A DNA stretch of 64,000 nucleotides from Nanobdellota archaeon (GCA_021817165.1 JAKAVT010000001.1:4343-68342), one strand, 5' to 3'; counted from the first letter of the stretch, positions 20,533 through 29,564 are shown. Notes: a model not told the origin generated them from the letters alone. A program made the numbers and translations.

Positions 20533-21153
20533 TCAATCGCTTATGAGCCCTATAAAAAGCTTGTCGTCGCCCTTGAATTTCCTCTCTCCTGGCAATCTCA
20601 AAAAAAGATATAAAGTCTTTCCATTGAAGACAAAACGCAGCGGAGGAGAATACGGGTAAAGTTCTTTTTTGAAAAGCTTGTCGTATCCTACGCTTATTTC
20701 GGAGATTGACCTTTTTTCTACTCTTATGAGCAACGTGTCAAGATTCTTATTGTAGAATTCTATGCTTTCCTGGGTTATCTCTACGAAACCGGAGTGCTTA
20801 TGCAATGGCTTTATGGAGCTTCTTCCGACCCTTGCAAGCACCTTTCTGTGAAGGCTTAATTCTAACAGCTCTTTTTTAAATATCCAGACTGCCTCAAACA
20901 ATCCCAGCCCTCTTTTTAGAGAGTCGTTTATAAATTTAATCCGCGGCGTTTCACCCCTGAATAAATCGACTATGTTTAATAGGTTCTTATCAACGGAAAC
21001 GCTGGCATTTTCTTTTGCTATGTCTCCGCTGTAAACATTTCTGGATCCTGCAGCTGTTTGCGGCCTATGCTGTGACAATGCATTCTTTCCAACGATTGTG
21101 TTGTGCCCAGATTTAAAAGTTGTCGGCATATCATTATCTTGACTTCCATTCAT
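20533..21153 (-). CDS. Hypothetical protein tightly coupled upstream of the P-type ATPase
   Basis: Its stop lies 1 nt from the ATPase ATG. No motif recognised. Confidence 0.55.
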   Translation of the reverse strand: MNGSQDNDMPTTFKSGHNTIVGKNALSQHRPQTAAGSRNVYSGDIAKENASVSVDKNLLNIVDLFRGETPRIKFINDSLKRGLGLFEAVWIFKKELLELSLHRKVLARVGRSSIKPLHKHSGFVEITQESIEFYNKNLDTLLIRVEKRSISEISVGYDKLFKKELYPYSPPLRFVFNGKTLYLFLRLPGERKFKGDDKLFIGLISD

Positions 21154-21254
21154 TTATAGTTTCTTATTTGTTTAACAAGTCCGCCGAGAATTCCTATCCC
21201 ATAAAATAAAGAATGGAGGGAGGTAAAATATAAAACACGGAGGGTAAATAAAAT

Positions 21255-21363
21255 ATGCGTGATTACAAATTTAGATTGCATCCAAACAAAGTGCAGAAGC
21301 AGAGCTGGATAGACTACTGGCTTTGAAGCAAGAAGCCTCGTGCAATATTTTTGAGTAGTTCAC
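21255..21363 (+). mobile_element. Internally deleted TnpB (IS200/IS605-family) relic
   Basis: It encodes MRDYKFRLHPNKVQKQ, the typical TnpB N-terminus (compare KRAFKYRIYPTKEQ at 48300). This is joined directly to a GAAGCAAGAAGCC...GTAGTTCAC tail that resembles TnpB 3' ends. Confidence 0.55.
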
Positions 21364-21409
21364 TTTACTGAACGACAAAAGAAATAATTTTACAGTTTAT
21401 CGATAAGAT

Positions 21410-21889
21410 TCAGATAACCTGGATTATCATCTGTATTATAAATCCAAGTATTCCAATTATAAATGTGCCTATAATAACCATTATGGAAAGTTCCTTGAAC
21501 TCCTGTCTTGTAGGCTTTCTTGCAAGGTGGAGTATTCTGCTGTATTCAAACCTATAATGCTCAAGCTTTGCCTTTATGTTCATCGGATGAACTTTTTTTA
21601 TCGCATTTTTTATATGGTATAAGTGGAACCTTCTTTTCTTTACCTTTGATTTTTCTTCTTTACGGCTGTTATTTACATTGCTTTGGACAACAGTTTCTGC
21701 AGGTTTTTTCTGATCTGCATTCTGAGCTGTATTTTGGGCATTGCTTTTAGCCGTATTAGAATTCGCTTGCTCTACAGTCTTTTCTGTGTGCTCAACGTTC
21801 TCTGCGGGTTTTGCATCGCTTTTTACCGCTTCTTGCTGCTTGTCTGAATTGCTTAGATTAGCGTCTGCAAGGCTCCTGTTTTCATCCAT
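21410..21889 (-). CDS. secE: Protein translocase subunit SecE/Sec61-gamma with ~100-aa low-complexity N-terminal extension
   Basis: The C-terminal 57 aa (ARKPTRQEFKELSIMVIIGTFIIGILGFIIQ) match archaeal SecE, and the gene lies directly downstream of ftsZ as in many archaea. An alternative short start (MNIK) lies near 21583. Confidence 0.8.
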   Translation of the reverse strand: MDENRSLADANLSNSDKQQEAVKSDAKPAENVEHTEKTVEQANSNTAKSNAQNTAQNADQKKPAETVVQSNVNNSRKEEKSKVKKRRFHLYHIKNAIKKVHPMNIKAKLEHYRFEYSRILHLARKPTRQEFKELSIMVIIGTFIIGILGFIIQMIIQVI

Positions 21890-21891
21890 AA

Positions 21892-23019
21892 TTAGCTTAG
21901 GAAGGTTATGCCCAATTCGTCTTCAACTTCCCTTTTCTCCTTGGACTGCTGATCTTCTGCTATTGACTTGCCGCTTATCTGTTTGGAAGTAACTCCTGTT
22001 ATTATAGCTAAAACCTTTACAGTGTTTTTTAAATCCGGGAATATGTGCGCGCCCCATATTATGTTTATGTCTTCGGGTAATTTCTGGCCTATTAAATCGA
22101 CCAGCTTGTTCGCTTCCTCTAATGTAAGTGAAGGTCCACCGGTAACGTCTATAAGCATTCCTCTCGCGGTTGAAACATCGACGTCTATCAACGGGTTGTT
22201 AAGTACTTTCTCTACGACGGTCTCTAATTTCTTGTCTTTTGCATCGCTTTCCCCAGTTCCTATAAGGGCCACCCCTCCGTTTGACATTATCCTTTTTACG
22301 TCCGCAAAGTCCACGTTTATAAGCCCTGGCTTGGTTATCAGCTCTGTTATCCCTTTAACTGCATTTGTAAGAACGTCGTCTGCTATCTTTAATGCTATTG
22401 GAAGCGGCAAACCCGGAGCTATAGCCATTAGTTTTTCATTCGGAACGGTTATCAATGTATCCACCGTATTTTTCAGCTTTTCCACTCCGTTCAATGCTGC
22501 ATTCATCCTCCTTCTGCCTTCTGCTTTAAATGGCAGGGTAACTACTGCTATGGTAAGCGCGTTTATCTTTTTTGAAACTGATGCCACCACTGGTGCTGCA
22601 CCCGTACCGGTTCCTCCGCCCATTCCGCAACATATAAAAACGAGATCCGCGCCCTGCAGCGCCTCTTTAATTTCCTGTTCCTGTTCTTTTGCAGCAGCTT
22701 CTCCTACTGCAGGATCCGCACCTGCACCCAACCCGTTAGTCAGTTCCTTTCCGATGAGTATCTTTTTGTCTGATGGGGTGCATAAAAGATCAGCCGCGTC
22801 AGTGTTGACTGCTATGAATTCAGCGCCCTTTATGCCTACTTCGAACATTCTATTGAGGGTATTGTTTCCAGAACCGCCTACTCCCACCACTTTTATATTT
22901 GCTCTTCTAGAAGCTATTAATTCCTCCAAAGACTTGTCAAATTCCTTTGTTTTGCTAGCATCGTACTTCATTCCCTTTATTCCTTGACTAAGAGAATTGT
23001 TCATTTGTATATCATCCAT
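21892..23019 (-). CDS. ftsZ: Cell division GTPase FtsZ (paralogue 1)
   Basis: Tubulin signature GGGTGTGAAPV, plus the VGVGGSGNN and NTDA motifs. Confidence 0.95.
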   Translation of the reverse strand: MDDIQMNNSLSQGIKGMKYDASKTKEFDKSLEELIASRRANIKVVGVGGSGNNTLNRMFEVGIKGAEFIAVNTDAADLLCTPSDKKILIGKELTNGLGAGADPAVGEAAAKEQEQEIKEALQGADLVFICCGMGGGTGTGAAPVVASVSKKINALTIAVVTLPFKAEGRRRMNAALNGVEKLKNTVDTLITVPNEKLMAIAPGLPLPIALKIADDVLTNAVKGITELITKPGLINVDFADVKRIMSNGGVALIGTGESDAKDKKLETVVEKVLNNPLIDVDVSTARGMLIDVTGGPSLTLEEANKLVDLIGQKLPEDINIIWGAHIFPDLKNTVKVLAIITGVTSKQISGKSIAEDQQSKEKREVEDELGITFLS

Positions 23020-23067
23020 AGATTTACCTCAATAGATTAATCATTTTTGATTATATATAAATATCTA

Positions 23068-23715
23068 CTAATCTTTTACTATCTGCGTTTTAAGGTTCTT
23101 GTTTATGTACTTTTCCACATCCATGACTATGCTGTCTTTTACGTAGGATTTTACGTCTTCCTTCGTGAATATCTTCACGTTTTCGCCGTCAACATCAACA
23201 TTCTCAGGCCCTTTGCCGGTGTAGTGCTCGAATATTGCAGAATATTTATCCTTGTCGTTTTCGATTATGGAAACGATTTCTATGTCATACTTTAATTCCT
23301 TTCCTGCAAGAGGATGGTTATAGCTTACAAGCACCCTTCCGCTGTTTATTGCCAGAACGGTGGCCATCTTGTCATCCAGCAGCACCATGTCTCCAACTGA
23401 GGGATTGATATTGTTGTTTCTAAAAACAGATATGCCGTACGTTTTTATAAGCTTCTTGTCAAACTCTCCAAACCCGTCTTTTGGAGAAACAATAAGCTGG
23501 TATTTATCCCCTGGATTCTTGCCTACAACCGAATCTGATATAACCTTCAATACGTAATTGCCGCCGGGTATAACCAGTACGGGAGAGAAGTTGTATTCTC
23601 CCTTTATGTTTTCCTTTTCAGCCACATTTTTATCTGTTAAATCGAATATCTGGCCGGTAGATGACAGCCTCCCAACAAAATTTATCATTACAAAATCGTT
23701 TTCCTTTATCATCAC
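23068..23715 (-). CDS. FKBP-type peptidyl-prolyl isomerase (long archaeal/SlyD-like)
   Basis: The NHPLAGKELKYDIEIV motif and an FKBP-plus-insert-flap layout. Confidence 0.8.
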   Translation of the reverse strand: MMIKENDFVMINFVGRLSSTGQIFDLTDKNVAEKENIKGEYNFSPVLVIPGGNYVLKVISDSVVGKNPGDKYQLIVSPKDGFGEFDKKLIKTYGISVFRNNNINPSVGDMVLLDDKMATVLAINSGRVLVSYNHPLAGKELKYDIEIVSIIENDKDKYSAIFEHYTGKGPENVDVDGENVKIFTKEDVKSYVKDSIVMDVEKYINKNLKTQIVKD

Positions 23716-23984
23716 TGCCTCTTCATCTCAATTGATATAAATGACACGTTTCTTTTCTTTCCTTCTTTGTCGGAAAGCTCTTCCGTACCTATCTCAATGC
23801 CAGTAACTTTGAGATCCTTCATGAATTTATGCATGGTAACCTGTGAAATATCTACAGCCGTTGAAATCGAAGATCCTCTTGCCTTCAGCATGACCTGATT
23901 GTTCCCTGAATTCAAATGAGTAAGTATGGCCATTACGTATGACATTATCGGTTTTTTGCCCACAAATATTACATCATTTTCCAT
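23712..23984 (-). CDS. albA: Alba DNA/RNA-binding protein
   Basis: VIFVGKKPIMSYVMAIL...VMLKARGSSISTAVDISQV matches the Alba consensus. Confidence 0.85.
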   Translation of the reverse strand: MENDVIFVGKKPIMSYVMAILTHLNSGNNQVMLKARGSSISTAVDISQVTMHKFMKDLKVTGIEIGTEELSDKEGKKRNVSFISIEMKRQ

Positions 23985-24041
23985 AATTCTACTTTTTACA
24001 GTTACAAATATATAAGCATTTGTATTCTTTCGCCCTGAACG

Positions 24042-24401
24042 TCATAATTTGCCCATCTTTACGGTCCTTCCGTCAAAACCCAGTGTTTTTACTCCCAGCT
24101 TTTTTGCCTTTGACCTCAAGTCCTTGTCTTCCGTGAACAACATGTAGTTTTTGTCAAGGCAAAAATCCAACAATGTATCGTCCGTGTTTTTATTTGCGTT
24201 AAATTCTACTACGTTGATTGCATACGCAAGAAAAAACCTCTGAACGTCGGGCCTTTTTATCGACAGCAACTCGTCCATGCATTTTTTAATGGTAAAAATG
24301 GAAAAGCCGCTCTGAAAAAAATCATCAAGTAAATTCCTTAGATCTAATTTGTTGTCAAAACAGTAAACCATGACGTTTGTGTCTATAACGACATCATTCA
24401 T
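24042..24401 (-). CDS. PIN-domain protein
   Basis: Acidic residues in IDTNV and TEDKDL, about 120 aa, immediately downstream of aIF2-gamma. Confidence 0.7.
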   Translation of the reverse strand: MNDVVIDTNVMVYCFDNKLDLRNLLDDFFQSGFSIFTIKKCMDELLSIKRPDVQRFFLAYAINVVEFNANKNTDDTLLDFCLDKNYMLFTEDKDLRSKAKKLGVKTLGFDGRTVKMGKL

Positions 24402-25611
24402 AGATATTTCCTGAGCCTGCTAGGGTCCACACGTTGTTAATCTTTCTTGATAGAATGGCCCTTTCGCCGATGAAATAAGGCAGCGCGGAATTTCCTAAAT
24501 TTAAAACGACGCCGCTGCCTGAATAGGATACGACTGTACCAAGCACTTTTGATGACAGAACATTTAAAAGCACGGTTTCGTTTTTCTGCAGCGGCTTTTC
24601 GAATTTGTTCTGGATTGCCTCATATTTCATCGCTATTCTATTTTTAAACAAGGGTACTGTATCGCTCTTAACGATCAATGAACCCGCCAGGTTGTCCCTT
24701 CTCGCCAATGATGGATCAAGGTCGGTTTCTACGCCTATCATCAAGCCTCTGTGCGCAGTCTTTTCGGCTTCGAATTCGCTTTGCATGCTTACTACCTTGG
24801 TCTTTAGCGGCTTCCATGAATTTTTAACGTAAACTCCAGGATACACGGTTATATCGTCATTAACCGTCAACGAACCAGATTTAAGTCCGCCCCCTAGCAC
24901 GCCTCCCTTAAGTTCGCTTATGTCGGCACCGGGTCTGTTTATATCAAAACTTCTGACAACTACCATTTCAGCCCTTTCTTCGTTTGAACTGTCAGGTATA
25001 TCAAACTTGCCTATCTCCTGTATCAGCTGAGTCAGGTTCACATTCTGCGCCGCAAATACAGGTATAATGTTTGCGTCTGGGTAGCCGTTCTTTGACATGA
25101 ACCCTTTTATCTCATTGTAGCTTTCCTTTGCACGCTCCTTGCCGACAACGTCGATTTTAGTCTGCGCAACCACTATGTTCTTGACTCCTATTATGCGGAG
25201 AGCTTCAATATGCTCCTGAGTCTGCGGCTGCGGGCATTTTTGATTGGCAGCTATGACTAGTACTGCACCATCCACCAGCGTCGCGCCGCTCAGCATTATC
25301 GTCATCAAGGTTTTATGCCCTGGTGAGTCTATTATGGAAACTCTATAATAAAGACTTGCCTTGGAATTGCATACTTCGCATTTTTCGTACCTGCTGAAAG
25401 CGCCGCATGAATCGCACTTGTAAATCAGAAAATGTGCGTAGCCGAGTCTTATTGTTATCCCCCTCTTTTTCTCCTCACTATGCCTTAAAGTAGACTCGCT
25501 AGTAAGCGCTTTTACCAACGTGGTCTTGCCATCAGCGAAGTTACCAACTATGTCTATTGTTATGTCCTTAACCATTAGAAGGCGTGAATAACTGATCCAA
25601 AGGTTTATCAC
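24394..25611 (-). CDS. eif2g: Translation initiation factor aIF-2 gamma subunit
   Basis: P-loop GNFADGKT, RGITI, DSPGH, zinc knuckle CDSCG...CEVC, and QTKID. The likely true start is MVKD near 25575. Confidence 0.9.
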   Translation of the reverse strand: MINLWISYSRLLMVKDITIDIVGNFADGKTTLVKALTSESTLRHSEEKKRGITIRLGYAHFLIYKCDSCGAFSRYEKCEVCNSKASLYYRVSIIDSPGHKTLMTIMLSGATLVDGAVLVIAANQKCPQPQTQEHIEALRIIGVKNIVVAQTKIDVVGKERAKESYNEIKGFMSKNGYPDANIIPVFAAQNVNLTQLIQEIGKFDIPDSSNEERAEMVVVRSFDINRPGADISELKGGVLGGGLKSGSLTVNDDITVYPGVYVKNSWKPLKTKVVSMQSEFEAEKTAHRGLMIGVETDLDPSLARRDNLAGSLIVKSDTVPLFKNRIAMKYEAIQNKFEKPLQKNETVLLNVLSSKVLGTVVSYSGSGVVLNLGNSALPYFIGERAILSRKINNVWTLAGSGNIYE

Positions 25612-25945
25612 CGTACTTTGATATTTTTATGTTGATTTGAGAAGTAAATTGTCCAACCGTGTTACCTGCAATGCTCTTTCTTCTGCGTATGTCCTGTTTG
25701 TTGCCAAGCCCTTTACCTATAAGCACCTTTCTGATGCCGGATCCGTCTAAATCCTTTGACATCGGCATTCCAGTCATGTAACTGCCCCCGGTTATCATTC
25801 CAGAGTAACCGTCTAGGCCTATAAAGGAAAGATCAAATTCTTCTCCAAGCTTTTTACCAAATAGCTGGTCTGCCTTGTCGCTTTCTAAAGTCTTGTTAAA
25901 GGACTTACCAGTTTTCGAATCATTTATTACTATCTTTATCTCCAT
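25568..25945 (-). CDS. rps6e: Ribosomal protein S6e
   Basis: MEIKIVINDSKTGKSF... and the RRRKS region are typical of archaeal eS6. Confidence 0.85.
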   Translation of the reverse strand: MEIKIVINDSKTGKSFNKTLESDKADQLFGKKLGEEFDLSFIGLDGYSGMITGGSYMTGMPMSKDLDGSGIRKVLIGKGLGNKQDIRRRKSIAGNTVGQFTSQINIKISKYGDKPLDQLFTPSNG

Positions 25946-26030
25946 AGACTTTATTAGATACGACTGTTATTTATAAATAGCTTTGCATGAACATAAATAA
26001 CTTATTAAATGAAAAAACGAAGATGATAGC

Positions 26031-26723
26031 ATGGAAATGATTTTTGTTGAATCTAGATTCAGGGGTAAGTTAAGCGATGAATTCGTAAAAAGGATATACG
26101 ACGAGATAAAAGCGTACAAGAAAATAAACCTTGTGGCGGCCATACAGTTTATAGACCAGATGAACGATTTTAAAAACAGGGTAAAGGACAAGGAATTCGT
26201 GGTAAAACAGTCGCTTTACAGGGCTATGTATCCTGGCCAGATTCTTGGCTGCGACGTTTATGCCGCAGACTGCAAGGACTGCGATGCAACTTTGGCCTTT
26301 GAACAGGGCATGTTCCACGTGCTTGGAATACCGCTTAAATACGGAAAGGCGGTGATAACAGCGGATCCTGAAACTGAAAACATAGAGGTAATAAACGCAG
26401 AAGTGGCGGAAAAATACAGGAAAAGGATAATGCAGGGCATAGGGGCAGTACTGACTGCCAAAAAAGTAATGTTTGTTGAATCTACAAAGGCGGGACAAAC
26501 GTATGGCTCAAAAATGCTTAAGGAAAAGCTAAGAAAGGACGGCAAACAGGTTTATTCCGTTGTGGCGGATGAAATAAATTTTGACAGGCTAAACGAATTC
26601 AGGGAAATAGACGTTTTTGTAAGCACTGCCTGCCAGAGAATAGCCATAGATGACATGAACAAGGTTAAAAAACCAATGATAAACGCAGAAGACTTGGAAA
26701 GTTACCTCAGCGAAAACAAATGA
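26031..26723 (+). CDS. Compact Dph2-like protein (diphthamide synthesis radical-SAM-type enzyme)
   Basis: PGQILGC and STACQRIAIDD resemble the Cys-containing motifs of archaeal Dph2. At 230 aa it is shorter than typical. Confidence 0.5.
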   Translation: MEMIFVESRFRGKLSDEFVKRIYDEIKAYKKINLVAAIQFIDQMNDFKNRVKDKEFVVKQSLYRAMYPGQILGCDVYAADCKDCDATLAFEQGMFHVLGIPLKYGKAVITADPETENIEVINAEVAEKYRKRIMQGIGAVLTAKKVMFVESTKAGQTYGSKMLKEKLRKDGKQVYSVVADEINFDRLNEFREIDVFVSTACQRIAIDDMNKVKKPMINAEDLESYLSENK

Positions 26724-26756
26724 AACGCATTTAAATCGCATAATCCATATCTTTTT

Positions 26757-27683
26757 ATGAATGCAATAGTCACGGGCGGCGCCGGTTTTATAGGCTCGCA
26801 TATCACCGAGAGGCTTGTAAAGGAAGGTTATTCCGTTTCTGTAATAGACGCATTAAACACCGGCGATAAAAAAAACCTTAACTCCATCGCAAATAAAATA
26901 AAGTTCCTAAAAGGAAATTCTTCTTCTATATCAAAACTTGGAAAGGCTGATGTAGTATTCCACGAAGGGATATACTCTTCAAGTCCGATGTACAGGAATA
27001 ACAATGCGCTGGTTGGCAAAGCCATATTCGAATTCATATCCGTTTTGAATTACTGTGTAAAGAACAAATGCAAACTTGTTTTTGCTTCCAGCTCTTCTAT
27101 ATACAATGGGTATCCCCCTCCGCACAATGAAGAGATGGTGCCAAAAATAAAGGATTTCTATACCGAGGCCAGATACTCAATGGAAAGGCTTGCCGAGCTT
27201 TTCAGCCAGATGTATGGCTTAGAATACTGCGGTTTGAGGTACTTCAGCGTGTACGGCGACAGGGAAGAAAGCAAAAAGGAGTTTGCAAACATGGTATCAC
27301 AGATCATATGGAAAGGACTGTTAGACAAGGAATTGGTAATATACGGAGATGGTACTCAGCGTAGAGACTTAGTAAACGTTGCAGACGTGGTAGCCGCTAA
27401 TCTGCTTGCTTCTAAAAGCAAGGAAAACGGAATATTCAACGTGGGAACGGGAGTGTCGTATTCATTCAATGATACGATAGAAAAGGTAGTAAACGTCATG
27501 GGAAAGAAAATAAAGACTAAGAACATAGAAAACCCACTAAAAAATTACGTAGACGTAGTGCATGCGGATACTAAAAAAAGCCTGGACAAGCTTGGCTTTT
27601 CTGCAAAGATAAACATTGATGACGGGATAAAGGAAGCTTTGGATTACTATAAGGGCCTGAAAAAAGTCCCTGATATCTTTTGA
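26757..27683 (+). CDS. NAD-dependent nucleotide-sugar epimerase/dehydratase
   Basis: VTGGAGFIGSH Rossmann motif and the YxxxK region (YTEARYSMER). Confidence 0.85.
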   Translation: MNAIVTGGAGFIGSHITERLVKEGYSVSVIDALNTGDKKNLNSIANKIKFLKGNSSSISKLGKADVVFHEGIYSSSPMYRNNNALVGKAIFEFISVLNYCVKNKCKLVFASSSSIYNGYPPPHNEEMVPKIKDFYTEARYSMERLAELFSQMYGLEYCGLRYFSVYGDREESKKEFANMVSQIIWKGLLDKELVIYGDGTQRRDLVNVADVVAANLLASKSKENGIFNVGTGVSYSFNDTIEKVVNVMGKKIKTKNIENPLKNYVDVVHADTKKSLDKLGFSAKINIDDGIKEALDYYKGLKKVPDIF

Positions 27684-27686
27684 TTT

Positions 27687-28595
27687 TTATATTATCTCGA
27701 TTTTACCTACTACCCTGTTCCTGCCTACCGAAAGACTTGAATCCGCTAGAAGATAAGCTCCTTTTATTTCGGGTATCTTTTTGTTAAAATGCACCCGTAT
27801 TTTATCCCCTTCTTTTAAAACGCTAAGGCTTAATGGCTCTCCAAAAAATGAACACGAAAGCTGCTTCGAAAACGCGTCTTCCTTATAAAATGGAGAAAGA
27901 GTTAACTTAACATCCAACACATCATTTACGCTGCCGATTGAGGACAGCGCATAATTGTTTGATAAATCCGATTCAGATACGTTATTCAACGCGAGCCCTA
28001 CGTGCGATCCCGCATCTGCTGAATCATTGTCCACGTCCATTATCTGTATGCTTTTTATGCTGCACTGTTTCAACGAAGGCAAAAGAAGCAGTTTTTCCCC
28101 TTTTTTAACAGATTGGCCCATGACAAAGCCTATTATTACTGAGCCTATCCCCTTGACTATAAAATGCTTGTCTATTGAAACGTACTTGAAATCCCTCTCT
28201 TTTTGCCTTGCGTTTTCTACCGGTATTGAATTTAAATCGGATTTTTTAAACTTGCCTAATTTGTATTTTTCAAAGAACTTGTCGAAAGAGCCAACGTCGG
28301 AATAATCTGCTTTCAGTATTAAACCCCGTTCTATGCTTGAATTTTCAATGCAAAGCGCAAGCTCTGCATCCAAGGCGGTTATCTCTCTGCCTGCAAAAAA
28401 ATACGCGTAATCTGCCACGGAAAGAATGTAAAGCGTAGAGAGTATGGATTTTGGAAAATCAATGGAATAAAGGACTAGGTTGCCACTTTTATCCAAGGCT
28501 ATCTGCACGTTGTTTATGAGATCCAATTTTTTGGATATTATGCTCTTTAGATCCTCTTCTTCAACGGGTTTGGCAGACAGCAATGCGATTATCAT
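27687..28595 (-). CDS. SelB/EF-Tu-like protein with degenerate G domain (pseudo-GTPase)
   Basis: The domain II beta-barrel is clear (KGIGSVIIGFVMGQSVKKGEKLLLLP...IQIMDVDNDSADAGSHVGLAL). The N-terminus has no P-loop, and the G3/G4 positions read DFPKS and LKAD. Confidence 0.55.
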   Translation of the reverse strand: MIIALLSAKPVEEEDLKSIISKKLDLINNVQIALDKSGNLVLYSIDFPKSILSTLYILSVADYAYFFAGREITALDAELALCIENSSIERGLILKADYSDVGSFDKFFEKYKLGKFKKSDLNSIPVENARQKERDFKYVSIDKHFIVKGIGSVIIGFVMGQSVKKGEKLLLLPSLKQCSIKSIQIMDVDNDSADAGSHVGLALNNVSESDLSNNYALSSIGSVNDVLDVKLTLSPFYKEDAFSKQLSCSFFGEPLSLSVLKEGDKIRVHFNKKIPEIKGAYLLADSSLSVGRNRVVGKIEII

Positions 28596-28645
28596 CAGTA
28601 GTTTAACATTTCTTGTATTTTAAAATATTATACTTTTGGCTTGTT

Positions 28646-29473
28646 TCACTCTGGCTTTTTCGCAACTATGACCATCCTGGATTTGTTGAAATATCCGGCT
28701 TCTGCATCGTATCCGAAAACGTCTTTGAAATAGTCAACGTTATCATTAAGTATCTTCTTTGCTTTTCTGCCTTCTGGGCTATTTTCGCTTACCGGCGAAA
28801 GCCATGATTGAAACGTTTCTTTCATTTCAAACGTCTTAAAATTGTCAATCTCAAATGCGTTTTCCTTCAGCATTTTAAACCATGAATCAAGCGATTCCGA
28901 GCTTATATAAGTCTTGTCCCTTGCCTTCTCGAATTTATTAAATATGTCCCTTTTGTCTTCCATCGGCTTTAACAGGTCGGTTATGCCGAACTTTCCCCCT
29001 TTTTTAAGCACCCTCCATGCTTCTTCTATGAACTTCTTCTTGTCTTTTATGTGGTGAGCTACCCTTCTGCATGTTACTACGTCAAAGACATTGTCTGGAA
29101 ACGGCATTGACAAGGCATCTCCTTTTACGAACGCTACGTTGCTAGCGCCGTCATCTTCGGCCTTTCTAACTGCTATGTCCAACATGTGCTCGTTCATGTC
29201 TAAACCAATGGAAATTGCTACTTTGCTTGACATTTCGAACGCCACAAATCCAGGGCCTGTGCCTATATCCAACGCTTTGTAGCTTTTCTTCAAATCAAGC
29301 ATTGAAATAAGTAAATCTAAGTCTTTTCCATGCATATGGCTTTCGCTGCTTGCATATTCCTTTGCGTGCCTGCTAAAAAATCCTTGAAAAGACTGCATAA
29401 TATTAGATATAACCTCAAGAATTAATATCTTTATGCCAAAATGCTCAAGGGCAGCATTGCCGGGTTCCGGCAT
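28646..29473 (-). CDS. Class I SAM-dependent methyltransferase
   Basis: Motif I ALDIGTGPGFVA with type-11-like layout. An alternative start (MQSF) lies near 29398. Confidence 0.8.
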   Translation of the reverse strand: MPEPGNAALEHFGIKILILEVISNIMQSFQGFFSRHAKEYASSESHMHGKDLDLLISMLDLKKSYKALDIGTGPGFVAFEMSSKVAISIGLDMNEHMLDIAVRKAEDDGASNVAFVKGDALSMPFPDNVFDVVTCRRVAHHIKDKKKFIEEAWRVLKKGGKFGITDLLKPMEDKRDIFNKFEKARDKTYISSESLDSWFKMLKENAFEIDNFKTFEMKETFQSWLSPVSENSPEGRKAKKILNDNVDYFKDVFGYDAEAGYFNKSRMVIVAKKPE

Positions 29474-29490
29474 TTAAAACCAATTAAGCA

Positions 29491-29564
29491 TGGGCTCGAC
29501 GGGATTTGAACCCGCAACAATCCGGTTAAGAGCCGGATGCTCTACCGAGTTAAGCTACGAGCCC
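29491..29564 (-). tRNA. tRNA-Lys (anticodon CUU)
   Basis: Hand-folded cloverleaf: acceptor GGGCTCG/CGAGCCC, anticodon arm TCCGG-CTCTTAA-CCGGA, T arm GCGGG-TTCAAAT-CCCGT. CCA is not encoded. Confidence 0.9.

Noticed and set aside
21968-22987. 339-aa + strand ORF
   Set aside because: It lies entirely antisense to ftsZ1, whose tubulin motifs are unambiguous. Its translation is low-complexity and Ser/Pro/Phe-rich, as expected for a shadow ORF.
25568-25611. 44-nt overlap between S6e 3' end and the aIF2-gamma ORF start
   Set aside because: The internal Met (MVKD) near 25575 gives a conventional N-terminus just before the P-loop, so the long overlap is probably an ORF-calling artefact.
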